A stretch of DNA of 64,000 bases from an uncultured candidate division Zixibacteria bacterium. Its GTDB lineage: Bacteria > Zixibacteria > MSB-5A5 > GN15 > FEB-12. Positions 1 to 9,218 of the stretch are shown here, piece by piece. Each line of letters opens with the position of its first letter. The first letter of the stretch is position 1. Made by a program: the position numbers and the translations under genes. The stretch spans positions 640,001 through 704,000 of the forward strand of contig OY760907.1 of assembly GCA_963664195.1 (NCBI GenBank). The letters run 5' to 3'. Under the pieces are notes generated by a model that was not told where the DNA came from, did not search any database, and worked only from the letters and a program-made list of their open reading frames with translations.

Positions 1-137
1 GTTTTCGTCATATTCGCTCAATTCTGAAGTGAAAGCGCAAAAACCACTTGTCACTTGTCGAGAAGAGGCGTAATTTCTGCCCTGATATTGAGTTATGAAC
101 TTTCCGCCGGATGTGCGGCGAATCTCTGGAGCGAGCT

Positions 138-1511
138 ATGAGATTTCTCACCCAAAAGCGTTTCTTCATATTCATGGTGATCGCGGCCGTCTACTGTTTC
201 TATGCAGTGGCATTCGCATCTAGCGGCGGTGACCAAGGCGGCGAAGGCGGCGGTTCCGGCCACGGCGGCCCGGTGCTTGAAGTGCTCCTGGCGCTGGTTG
301 TCATTCTGTTGGCGGCCAAACTCGGCGGTGATCTTTTTGAGCGTTTCAAGCAACCCGCGGTGCTCGGCGAACTGGTTATCGGCATGATAATCGGCAACTT
401 ACACTTGCTCGGATTCGACGCTCTGGAACCATTCAAGACAGATCTTACGCTTGAGATTCTGGCAGAGTTGGGTGTGATTATTCTCCTGTTCGAGGTGGGA
501 CTTGAGTCCACGGTCAAGGAGATGATGAAGGTAGGTGTCGCCTCGTTTATGGTGGCCGTGTTTGGTGTTGTCACACCGTTTTTCCTTGGCTGGGGAGTTG
601 GTGCCTTTTTCCTGCCGGCTGAGTCGATTTATGTGCATGTCTTTATCGGTGCCACACTGACCGCGACCTCGGTCGGTATCACGGCCCGCGTGTTGAAGGA
701 TATCGGCAAAATACAAACGCGTGAGGCAAAAATCATTCTCGGAGCAGCGGTCATCGATGATATCCTCGGCCTGGTGATTCTGGCGGTGGTAGCCGGTATC
801 ATCACTGCGGCCAACTCGGGCGGCGAGGGTGTCAGCTCAATTGCGGTGCTGTGGATTATTGCCAAGGCTGTGTTGTTCATCGTGGGCGCAGTCGTAATCG
901 GAAATCTGGTGCTGCCACGGTTCTTCAAGTTCGGATTCCATCTGAAAGTCAAGGGTGTGTTCCTGTCGTTCTGCCTGCTGGTTTGCTTCCTTCTGGCTTT
1001 CCTCGCCGGTGAGGTAGGATTGGCCCCGATCGTCGGCGCGTTTGCGGCAGGTCTGATTCTCGAAGAGGTTCACTACAAAGGTTTCTACGATCGTGGCGAA
1101 CACCACGTAGAGGAATTGATTGCACCGATAGCGACCTTCCTCGTGCCGATCTTCTTCGTCCGCATGGGCATGATGGTTGACCTGACGACTTTCGGTAACG
1201 TCAACATTCTCGGGTTTGCAACAGCCATGACGGTTGTGGCTATTCTCGGCAAACAGGCCTGTTCGCTGGCGATTTTTGACAAAAGCATCAATAAGATGGC
1301 AATCGGTCTGGGGATGATCCCACGAGGCGAAGTGGGGTTGATTTTCGCCGGAATCGGTGCCAAACTGATGCTTGACGGGCACTCAGTGATTTCAACCGGT
1401 ACGTACTCGGCAGTAGTCATAATGGTCATTGTCACTACCCTGGTGACACCTCCAGCGCTGAAAATGTCGCTGTTGCGTGGGGACGCAAAGAAAAAACTCG
1501 CCGAGGGTTAG
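138..1511 (+). CDS. Cation:proton antiporter, CPA2 (KefB/NapA-like) family
   Basis: Multi-TM protein with CPA2 motifs LGELVIG, ATSVGITARVL, AAVIDDILGL and GMIPRGEVGLI; ATG at 138 chosen as start. Confidence 0.9.
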   Translation: MRFLTQKRFFIFMVIAAVYCFYAVAFASSGGDQGGEGGGSGHGGPVLEVLLALVVILLAAKLGGDLFERFKQPAVLGELVIGMIIGNLHLLGFDALEPFKTDLTLEILAELGVIILLFEVGLESTVKEMMKVGVASFMVAVFGVVTPFFLGWGVGAFFLPAESIYVHVFIGATLTATSVGITARVLKDIGKIQTREAKIILGAAVIDDILGLVILAVVAGIITAANSGGEGVSSIAVLWIIAKAVLFIVGAVVIGNLVLPRFFKFGFHLKVKGVFLSFCLLVCFLLAFLAGEVGLAPIVGAFAAGLILEEVHYKGFYDRGEHHVEELIAPIATFLVPIFFVRMGMMVDLTTFGNVNILGFATAMTVVAILGKQACSLAIFDKSINKMAIGLGMIPRGEVGLIFAGIGAKLMLDGHSVISTGTYSAVVIMVIVTTLVTPPALKMSLLRGDAKKKLAEG

Positions 1512-1570
1512 AACTGGAACCGGGCAGCTTACCGATTCGTTTTTATTTAGCATTACGCCAATATGAGGAC

Positions 1571-1598
1571 TTGACAGAGGTCGGAAGGCGCCTATATT
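1571..1598 (+). promoter_or_regulatory. Sigma70-type promoter for tRNA-fMet
   Basis: TTGACA (1571-1576), 16-nt spacer, TATATT (1593-1598), ending 11 nt before the tRNA. Confidence 0.7.
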
Positions 1599-1609
1599 GA
1601 CCAACTGAT

Positions 1610-1686
<77 letters not shown>

Positions 1687-1695
1687 AGTTTCAGG

Positions 1696-1728
1696 CCCCC
1701 GAAGTCGCAAGGCTTCGGGGGTTTTTTT
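1696..1728 (+). terminator. Rho-independent terminator after tRNA
   Basis: CCCCCGAAGTC-GCAA-GGCTTCGGGGG followed by T7. Confidence 0.9.
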
Positions 1729-1889
1729 GTTGGGGGAAAAACTCACTGCAAACGGGTGGGCCGCCTGACCGCTTCCCTCTTGCGACCGGCATCCTAACCT
1801 GAGTTCAGCCAATGAGCAATCGCCAGTACTGTCACAACAAATCAGGGAACGAGCGATCAAACAACGAAAATGGAACCACGAATAAGCTA

Positions 1890-1918
1890 TTGCCAGTACT
1901 CGAATTGTGGTTTAGATT
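1890..1918 (+). promoter_or_regulatory. Putative sigma70 promoter for the TIR/NDT-like gene
   Basis: TTGCCA-N17-TAGATT. Confidence 0.45.
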
Positions 1919-1970
1919 GTATCTTCAGATATCCAGCCTTCCTAATGACACATAGCTGAAGAGGATTTCT

Positions 1971-2915
1971 ATGGATAAGACAATCAGAGCAAATGAACAA
2001 TGCATCATTGGTATGCCACGATGCGACTTCGCATTCTCATCTTCTCGATCATGCTTCATTGGCTATAGCTTTGAAGAAAGTACACTGGAAAAGACCATAA
2101 TCCGCAAAATACTCGAGGAGAATGATGTCATCCCAGAAGACGCAGGTTCAAGCTTCGCTCCCGGGCAACTGGTCTTCTGCTCCAAGATCTGCTCAAAGAT
2201 AATCACATCCCAGTTTTGCATAATACTGCTCAACAATGAACGGAAAGGAGAATTCGAAATCGCGAACGCAAATGTACAGATGGAATATGGTATGATGCTA
2301 GGTTTCAATAAGTATGTCATTCCATTTCAACAAGAGAGTGATAAACTATCGTTTAATGTCTCGGGATTAGATACAATAAAATACACGGACAAGAATTTCG
2401 AGTCGAAGGCGACCGATGCTATAATCGAAGCAATAGGAGAGACCGCCCCCGAAGGTAGCTCAACAGTTCCAACAGATCAAAGCAAAATGTCGTTTCTGTT
2501 TTCGAAGAATGCCACATTCGGCGCTCTCGATTCGGACGGGGAGCGCGATTTATTCAGATTAGGTAGCCCAGTTGGGTTCAACCTGTTGATGGATTTCGGC
2601 GGTATCGAGTACAGGTTCTTTGGTGATTTCGCTCACTTGAGATATGAGCACATTTGTTACAGAATCAAACTCCTTGATAGAATGCTGGCCGATAGAGTCG
2701 CTAGTTTTCCGCAAAGAGTAAAACTGGGGCTCATAGAGGAAGACAAGCTAGCCCCGATTATTGAGCTATTCGACAACTTTGAAATCTGGTTGCTCGTCAA
2801 CTCCGAAGATGTTAAGACCCGAGTATTGGCGTTTATCGAGGAGAATATGATTAGTCGCAGATTTGACATATTCACTCTTAAGGACATCGCCGACCAATCT
2901 GACATAGCAGGGTAA
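1971..2915 (+). CDS. Hypothetical protein with N-terminal TIR-like / nucleoside 2-deoxyribosyltransferase-like domain
   Basis: CFIGYSF...KICSKIITSQFCIILLN...NANVQMEYGMMLGFNKYVIPF...FNVSGLDTIKY follows the NxNVxxExG pattern of TIR/NDT folds; visibly AT-richer than flanks. Confidence 0.6.
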   Translation: MDKTIRANEQCIIGMPRCDFAFSSSRSCFIGYSFEESTLEKTIIRKILEENDVIPEDAGSSFAPGQLVFCSKICSKIITSQFCIILLNNERKGEFEIANANVQMEYGMMLGFNKYVIPFQQESDKLSFNVSGLDTIKYTDKNFESKATDAIIEAIGETAPEGSSTVPTDQSKMSFLFSKNATFGALDSDGERDLFRLGSPVGFNLLMDFGGIEYRFFGDFAHLRYEHICYRIKLLDRMLADRVASFPQRVKLGLIEEDKLAPIIELFDNFEIWLLVNSEDVKTRVLAFIEENMISRRFDIFTLKDIADQSDIAG

Positions 2916-3097
2916 GATCTGGGAGAAACACAAGAAAGGTATCGGGGGGTTATCGATTTCAGATAGCTGCAATCATCTTAGTTCAACACATCACATGCCT
3001 CTCCAGCCATAGGCTTTTATCTAGCTAGAGCGACGCGGAGAACATACCATGTCCCCAAAATGGCTATTGGGGACATTTCGACAAGAAAGGACTCTCT

Positions 3098-4021
3098 ATG
3101 TCTATGAATTTGCAAAAACTGTCGGTCTGTCTGATATTGATGCTGGCGCTTGCCGGCTTGGTTCTTGTCTCGTGCGGGCAGGATGAGAAACCGGCCCCGG
3201 CGGCAACCGGTCCGGTAGTTGACAGTGTCGCCTCGGCCGACGGGGTCATGATACAGTACGAAGTCCGCGGCGAAGGCGAACCGATGCTGGTGTTTGTCCA
3301 CGGATGGAGCTGTGATATGAGCTACTGGAAGAATCAAGTGGACGTATTCGACGACGCGAACAGGGTTGTGACAGTCGACCTGGGCGGCCACGGCGGTTCG
3401 GGGACCGGGCGTGAGGACTGGACAATGCCGGCTTTTGGTGCCGATGTCGCCGCAGTCGTCAACAAACTGGGTCCCGACAGGGTGGTGCTGATAGGGCATT
3501 CGATGGCCGGTGCGGTGAACATGGAGGCAGCAAAGCTGCTCGACGGCAAGGTAATCGGTTTGGTTGGTGTGGACACGTATCATGAGTTCGGTACGGGAGA
3601 GTCACCCGAGCTGATGGCTGAATTCGTTGGTCCATTCAGGACTGATTTTGCCGCCGCCATGGACGGGTTCGTGCGGGGCATGTTTGTCGAATCTTCCGAC
3701 ACTGCCCTGGTCAACTGGGTGGCCGCCGATATGAGTGCGGCTCCGCCGGAGGTGGCTGTCAGTGCGCTTGAGAACTACTTCAACTGCAACGCGCTGGAGG
3801 CACTCAAGAAAACAGTCGTGCCGATCGTCGCGATCAATGCGGATCTCTGGCCGACCGACCTGGAAGCGAATCAGGCCAGTGCGGCGTCCTTTGAACTGAA
3901 ACTGATGCCGGGGGTCGGGCACTTTGTCATGCAGGAGAACCCCGCCGAATTCAACCGGCTACTTCGTGAAACCGTCGACAAACTGACCGGCGAATCCGGC
4001 GCGGCAGTCGACAACGAATAG
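3098..4021 (+). CDS. Alpha/beta hydrolase, predicted lipoprotein
   Basis: Lipobox LVSC, VHGW oxyanion motif, GHSMAG nucleophile, C-terminal GVGH. Confidence 0.88.
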   Translation: MSMNLQKLSVCLILMLALAGLVLVSCGQDEKPAPAATGPVVDSVASADGVMIQYEVRGEGEPMLVFVHGWSCDMSYWKNQVDVFDDANRVVTVDLGGHGGSGTGREDWTMPAFGADVAAVVNKLGPDRVVLIGHSMAGAVNMEAAKLLDGKVIGLVGVDTYHEFGTGESPELMAEFVGPFRTDFAAAMDGFVRGMFVESSDTALVNWVAADMSAAPPEVAVSALENYFNCNALEALKKTVVPIVAINADLWPTDLEANQASAASFELKLMPGVGHFVMQENPAEFNRLLRETVDKLTGESGAAVDNE

Positions 4022-4072
4022 TCGTCGGGAGGCTGACTTTAATTATAGATGGGCAATCAACCCGCCTGTCTC

Positions 4073-6451
4073 CTACTCAACCCGCAAAACGTCGGCCGGA
4101 TTGGTATTCGCGGTTCTGATGACTTTCGTGCCGACAATGAGAAGCGACACGACCAGCGCCGAGGCTACCACTATCGAATACGTAAGCCAGCCGTACTCGA
4201 TCCTGTACGCGTACGAATCCAGCCAGGCAGACACGGCATAGCGCGTAAGCGGCCATGCAGCCACGCCTGCGACAAGCACCAGGACAACAAACTCCCCGGC
4301 CAGCAGTTTGACGATAGACATCACCGGGGCACCCAGACTCTTGCGGATACCTACTTCCCGCACTCTCCTCTCAAGGATAAAAGAGATCAAGCCGAGCAAA
4401 CCCAGCATCGCAATGAGTATGGCCAGCCCCGTCGAGATGTAACAGAGCGACACGAATTTCCGCTCCTGCACGTAGCTTTTATCCATGATCTCGACCAGCG
4501 AACGACAGGTCAGGGACGTATGTGGGGAAATGCCCGCCCAGATGCCCTCGATCTTCGAAATGGTGCTTTGCGGCGCATCGTCGGGAATGTCAACCGCAAG
4601 CACTCGCCAACGCGACGAACTGCCCGTAATTATCGTGGGAAGCACATCGCTGTGAAGCGAAAGGGCGCAGAAATCTTTTACCACACCGACCACCGTGAAC
4701 GGCCCCCTTGAGGTAGTCAATTCTGCACCGATCGGATCGGTCAGGCCGAGCAGTTCGACGGCCGTCTGGTTGAGAAGGGCAACGTCCCTGCGGTCGGCGA
4801 CAACTTCATCGGAGAGCCAGTGTCCGCGGACGAGATCGACCCCAAAGGTGCGGCAGAACTCCTCGTCACCCGTGAACGTACTCAGCCCCTGCCTGGAGCT
4901 TTCGTCTTCTCCTACCGGGTACGCGGTCGTAATTCGCATGATACTCTCCCCCGGGGCGTTCACCGCCAGGGACCGTCGGGGTAGGCCGAGACTCTCGAGT
5001 TCCCGGGTCAGTATCTCCTTTTGCCCCTGAGTTGCCGCGTCGTCGAATTCAAACAACCAGATATCATCAGGTAGAAATCCGTGGTCAAAATGCTCGATGA
5101 AATTCAACTGCTGTTGCACACCCACAGTGAATCCTGCCGCACCGATGGCGATAACAGCCTGAACGATGACCAGAGTCCTTCTGAGATTCGCCTTACCCGA
5201 ACCGGAGGAAAAACGCCGCGATACAACCCCTGCCGGCCACAACCTGACCAGGGCAATGGCAGGATAGCTTCCGGCGACAACCCCTACAATGAAAACGAGA
5301 GCAGGAGCAGCCAGCCAGACAACAAGGCTTTCGGACAGACTCACTCCGAGACTTTTGCCGATATAGGCCTCCAAGTAAGGAATTGACAGCTCATAAAGGA
5401 CCAGACCGGCTACCATGGAAATCGATGTCAGGATGACCGACTCGGCCAGGAACTGCATCGCCAGTTGCATCCGGTTCGCTCCCGAAATCGATCGCGCCAA
5501 CAACTCCCGTCGCCTGTGGAAAACACGAGCAGTCGACAGATTGACATAATTGAGGCAAGCCATCACCACTAGCAGCAGAGCGACACCTATAAGCAGGTAC
5601 ACGTTATTCAGGGACCCGGAAGGACCAAGCTCATCGCTGAAGTGAGAATCAAAATACAGGTCCTTCAGTCTTTGTGTGCGAAGACTAAACTGGGATGCCT
5701 CCTCTCCCAGATGCGACACCAAAAGCCCCGGCAACAGCGAGTCCACAGTCTCCGGAGCAACTCCCTCGGACAGCAGCACAAAGGTGTGCGCATCGAATGT
5801 CCCTTGATCGCTCCACAGATTCAGATTCTGCCCCATACTCTCTAGCGTCGACAGCGAAGCCAGGAAATCCGTGTGAATCCGGGTGGTATTCGGCAGGTCT
5901 TTCATTACGCCGGTGACGGTGAGTATTACCGAATCACGGATTGTCACGGTTTGGCCCAGGGGATCGCCTTCCCCGAACAGCGCCCTGTCTGCGCGCTCAG
6001 AGATCACTACCGAATGCGGCCGACTCAATACCGTGCGCACATCTCCCTGGGTGAGCGGAATCGAGAACACTGAGAAGACGGATTGGTCGGTCAGCAGAAA
6101 TTTGGACTCATGCAACTCCGAAAGGCCGTCCATCCTGACCGTAACATCTCCGAGATTACACAGGCGGACCTGTTCCTCCACTCCCGGCACACGCGCCTTC
6201 AACGACGGGCCGAGCGGGAACACGGTCGTCGTCATGAAATCAATCCGGTCTCCCCTTATGCGCTCACCCCCAATGCGATAGACTCTCCCGGCATTCGCGT
6301 GACTGCTTTCAAAGCTCAACTCGTGATGGGCGTAAGACAGAATCAGCAGGCTGGCTCCCAGGGCAATCGACATACCGATCGCAATGATCGCCACGTACAT
6401 TCTTTGTTTTCTAAGTGCTTTCAGGGCAAACGACACAGAATTGAAGGGCAT
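4073..6451 (-). CDS. ABC transporter permease, MacB/FtsX family (double unit)
   Basis: Two periplasmic+FtsX units: ACLNYVNLSTAR, ERRVREVGIRKSLGA, NPADVLRVE; no adjacent ATPase. Confidence 0.88.
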   Translation of the reverse strand: MPFNSVSFALKALRKQRMYVAIIAIGMSIALGASLLILSYAHHELSFESSHANAGRVYRIGGERIRGDRIDFMTTTVFPLGPSLKARVPGVEEQVRLCNLGDVTVRMDGLSELHESKFLLTDQSVFSVFSIPLTQGDVRTVLSRPHSVVISERADRALFGEGDPLGQTVTIRDSVILTVTGVMKDLPNTTRIHTDFLASLSTLESMGQNLNLWSDQGTFDAHTFVLLSEGVAPETVDSLLPGLLVSHLGEEASQFSLRTQRLKDLYFDSHFSDELGPSGSLNNVYLLIGVALLLVVMACLNYVNLSTARVFHRRRELLARSISGANRMQLAMQFLAESVILTSISMVAGLVLYELSIPYLEAYIGKSLGVSLSESLVVWLAAPALVFIVGVVAGSYPAIALVRLWPAGVVSRRFSSGSGKANLRRTLVIVQAVIAIGAAGFTVGVQQQLNFIEHFDHGFLPDDIWLFEFDDAATQGQKEILTRELESLGLPRRSLAVNAPGESIMRITTAYPVGEDESSRQGLSTFTGDEEFCRTFGVDLVRGHWLSDEVVADRRDVALLNQTAVELLGLTDPIGAELTTSRGPFTVVGVVKDFCALSLHSDVLPTIITGSSSRWRVLAVDIPDDAPQSTISKIEGIWAGISPHTSLTCRSLVEIMDKSYVQERKFVSLCYISTGLAILIAMLGLLGLISFILERRVREVGIRKSLGAPVMSIVKLLAGEFVVLVLVAGVAAWPLTRYAVSAWLDSYAYRIEYGWLTYSIVVASALVVSLLIVGTKVIRTANTNPADVLRVE

Positions 6452-6713
6452 GATGCGACCTCGTACAGAAGAACAGTCTTCTGAAGTTTGCATGTGGATT
6501 TGCCGGATTCTCGCACACAACGAGCACCGGTGGCGGTCAGCTTCATGTAGTCTACGGTACGTTCTGAGGACCGGTTTGTTTCACCCCCGGAGGCGTGAAG
6601 AACGAATAATGGAACCTATATCGACGATTTGACCGTGGACCGCCGGGAACAACACATGATTGATGATTATCGCTTAACTCAACAACCGGACTTCGTCGCA
6701 TCAAGCCGCGTTC

Positions 6714-6820
6714 TCACTCGCCGTCTTGACAGACAGCGGTGATGCGATAGTGGGGCTTGAGGTCGCTCGTGTGTTTGTTATCATCGATATTGATCGTGGT
6801 GACACCGAGCACCACAGCGC
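6714..6820 (-). pseudogene. Diverged copy of the apt 3' end (direct repeat of 8544-8650)
   Basis: 87/107 nt identical to 8544-8650 by manual ungapped alignment; reads AVVLGVTTINIDDNKHTSDLKPHYRITAVCQDGE* versus AVVVGIATINIDDNERTRELKSNYRVTAVWQNCE*. Confidence 0.85.
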
Positions 6821-6836
6821 TCTCGGCAGCAAGGGA

Positions 6837-8264
6837 CTATTCCGTGAAGCATTCTGCCATCTGGTCGACCAGAAACCTCCAAGCATTCATGGCATCACTC
6901 TGTGTGAAATGCGGCTCCGACTCAAGGAAATAGTCCAGGAGTGTAACGTCGATCATGCTGGTGCCTTGATCAGGAGCGTTCGTGTACATAATGTGTGCCG
7001 GAGAATGCCCCTCATGGCGCAATCCCAGGAAATGGCCGATCTCGTGGATCAGGATGAATCTGGACCACCAGGTAACCCAGCGGTCGCGGTGAATGACACC
7101 GGACGCGATCGGGTCTCCATCGCTGTCTCTGCGTATCAGCGGCGTATCATCTTCCAGATCCCTTCCCACACATACACCGTTGAACTCGTGGCCGTGTGAG
7201 TCCTTGGGACAGTGAAACGCACCCATCGCCACAACCGTATCCTGCTCGGCCACGGTGTGATTACGCAGGCCGTGATTGTCCAGAAAGACCGAAAAGGAAT
7301 CCCAGGATGCCTGAAAGTCCTCTTTGGTCGAAATCTGCTGGGATGTGTATTCTCGGAAGTGGGCATACGTATCGTCGTCGTTCCAGGAGAGCCGTATGCC
7401 AAGTTTCTTTGCCTTCTTTCTGGCTGTGCGCAGCTTCTCGGCGATGACGTTTCGTTGCATTGCGTAGACCCTCAGTCGACAATCCTCTCCTTCAGAGTCA
7501 AGGTACTCGGCTATGGTGAAGCGTGTCACCGGCCACACACTCTCAACGCCGTTTTCGTCCACACGACGGACCTCTGATCGAATCCTCTGAGACACTTCAA
7601 AAGAATCCAGACTGAGCAGACCGGCCATAGCATACAAATCCAGAGTCCCATCATTATGCCATTCGTAAAGCGGTGTCTTTGCGCTGTCCAGCAAGAGGAC
7701 ACGATGCTCCCCCTCGAGCGAAAAACCGAACGGTCCCGGATCCACACCGGCCTTCGCACGAGCAGCGTCCAGATCATCGCCCGAAAAACGCTCAGCCAGC
7801 AAACGGATGACGAATTGCCGCAGCTGCCAGCGCTGATAGCCGTCCCGGATCGCATCGACGACAATGAGAGGGATTCTCAGGAAATCGAACGCAGCCGCGA
7901 CAACATCAACAACCAAATTGAGCATGCCGGCAAGAACTCCGGGCAGATCTCCGGAGAGGGCTGCGGAACCAATCTCCGCAACATCCTGTATTATTGTAGA
8001 GCCGTGACCGACGAGTGTCACAACCACCTCGACGCCGCCGGTGATAACTCCTCCCGCAATGGCAGCAACCTGACCGGCCTCTTCACCCAGGTTGTCGGAA
8101 GTGGCATCGACGGCGGCGTCGACAACCTCTTCCACCACTTCGCCAACGGTCTCCACCGTATCCTCGACCGCTTCACACCCGGCATCAACAACCGTTTCAA
8201 GTGCTTCGCCCCCGGTTGAAGTGACAGAGGATACCGTATTGACCGCATTATCCCAAATACTCAT
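6837..8264 (-). CDS. Metzincin-type zinc metallopeptidase domain protein with acidic/hydrophobic N-terminus
   Basis: HEIGHFLGLRH (HExxHxxGxxH) plus Met-turn HIMY; GGAGG RBS before ATG at 8264. Confidence 0.75.
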   Translation of the reverse strand: MSIWDNAVNTVSSVTSTGGEALETVVDAGCEAVEDTVETVGEVVEEVVDAAVDATSDNLGEEAGQVAAIAGGVITGGVEVVVTLVGHGSTIIQDVAEIGSAALSGDLPGVLAGMLNLVVDVVAAAFDFLRIPLIVVDAIRDGYQRWQLRQFVIRLLAERFSGDDLDAARAKAGVDPGPFGFSLEGEHRVLLLDSAKTPLYEWHNDGTLDLYAMAGLLSLDSFEVSQRIRSEVRRVDENGVESVWPVTRFTIAEYLDSEGEDCRLRVYAMQRNVIAEKLRTARKKAKKLGIRLSWNDDDTYAHFREYTSQQISTKEDFQASWDSFSVFLDNHGLRNHTVAEQDTVVAMGAFHCPKDSHGHEFNGVCVGRDLEDDTPLIRRDSDGDPIASGVIHRDRWVTWWSRFILIHEIGHFLGLRHEGHSPAHIMYTNAPDQGTSMIDVTLLDYFLESEPHFTQSDAMNAWRFLVDQMAECFTE

Positions 8265-8543
8265 GCGCACCTCCTGTACAATATCCGCCAACCGTCGTGG
8301 AATCGCGACGTGAGTGTGTGATTGATTCAGATTGGCAATACCACAGACAGCCCCGGAGCCTGCCCGATCATCGGACGGATTCAGTCGATTGTTGGATTGT
8401 AATATCGAGCAGCACCCTCTGACTTCAAGATATCAGCCACGAGAGTTCGTAGCAAGCGAAAACACCTTGCGTCTGCGACCGATGATGCATCTTCGCCCGG
8501 TGTTCTGTGATCAGTCGCAACAGAGCCGTCTGGGGACAATTGC

Positions 8544-9065
8544 TCACTCGCAGTTTTGCCAGACGGCGGTGACGCGGTAGTTGGACTTGAGTTCGCGGGT
8601 ACGTTCGTTGTCGTCGATATTGATCGTGGCGATACCGACCACCACGGCGCCCTGACTCTCGATCAATTCGATTGTCGCCGATACCTGGGCACCTGTCTCT
8701 ATCCATTCGTCGACCACGAGCAGACGTTGACCCGTCTGCATGGCGTCCTTCCTGATTTCGAGGGACTTGGTCTTGCCGGTGTAGTCTCGAAAAGACCGGC
8801 TGACAGTCGCAACCGGGAGTTTTCCCCCTTTGCGGATGGGGATAACTCCCACACCCAGCTTCCGGGCCACGGCGGTGCCGAGGATGAAACCGAGCGCGTC
8901 GATACAGGCCACACAGTCAATTGATTCGTCGACGTATTCCACACACAGGTCGTCGACAAGAGCAGCGAAATCATCGGCACTCTGGAACATGGGTGTAACG
9001 TCGCACCGGTTGCCGGTGGTGTCGGTATCGATCCTGGTCAGGTAGGTTTTTGGTGTGCTATCCAT
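8544..9065 (-). CDS. apt: Adenine phosphoribosyltransferase-like type I PRTase
   Basis: IDALGFILG, IRKGGKLP and PRPP loop LLVVDEWIETG. Confidence 0.8.
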   Translation of the reverse strand: MDSTPKTYLTRIDTDTTGNRCDVTPMFQSADDFAALVDDLCVEYVDESIDCVACIDALGFILGTAVARKLGVGVIPIRKGGKLPVATVSRSFRDYTGKTKSLEIRKDAMQTGQRLLVVDEWIETGAQVSATIELIESQGAVVVGIATINIDDNERTRELKSNYRVTAVWQNCE

Positions 9066-9218
9066 ACTTCCTCTGTGTTGTGCTCGGAATAGGTCGCACT
9101 ACTAGTGCGTCTCGCTGGCGTCACCCTTCTGGATGATCCAGGTTGTGGTCCAATCAGGATCAACGATGATTTCACCTGTTGACCTCAGACGATACTCGAC
9201 CGGCTCTATGTCGAGCGG

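Noticed and set aside
1815..1900. 14/16 direct repeat (AGCAATCGCCAGTACT / AGCTATTGCCAGTACT) 70 bp apart
   Set aside because: Only two short copies; too weak to call an att site or mini-array
3049..3076. 10-bp inverted repeat upstream of the hydrolase (similar ones at 49384-49414 and near 55480-55512)
   Set aside because: Real palindromes, but no cognate regulator or shared motif allows a functional call
6714..8650. apt repeat pair as a DGR template/variable repeat
   Set aside because: The 20 mismatches involve all four bases rather than adenines only, and no reverse transcriptase is present
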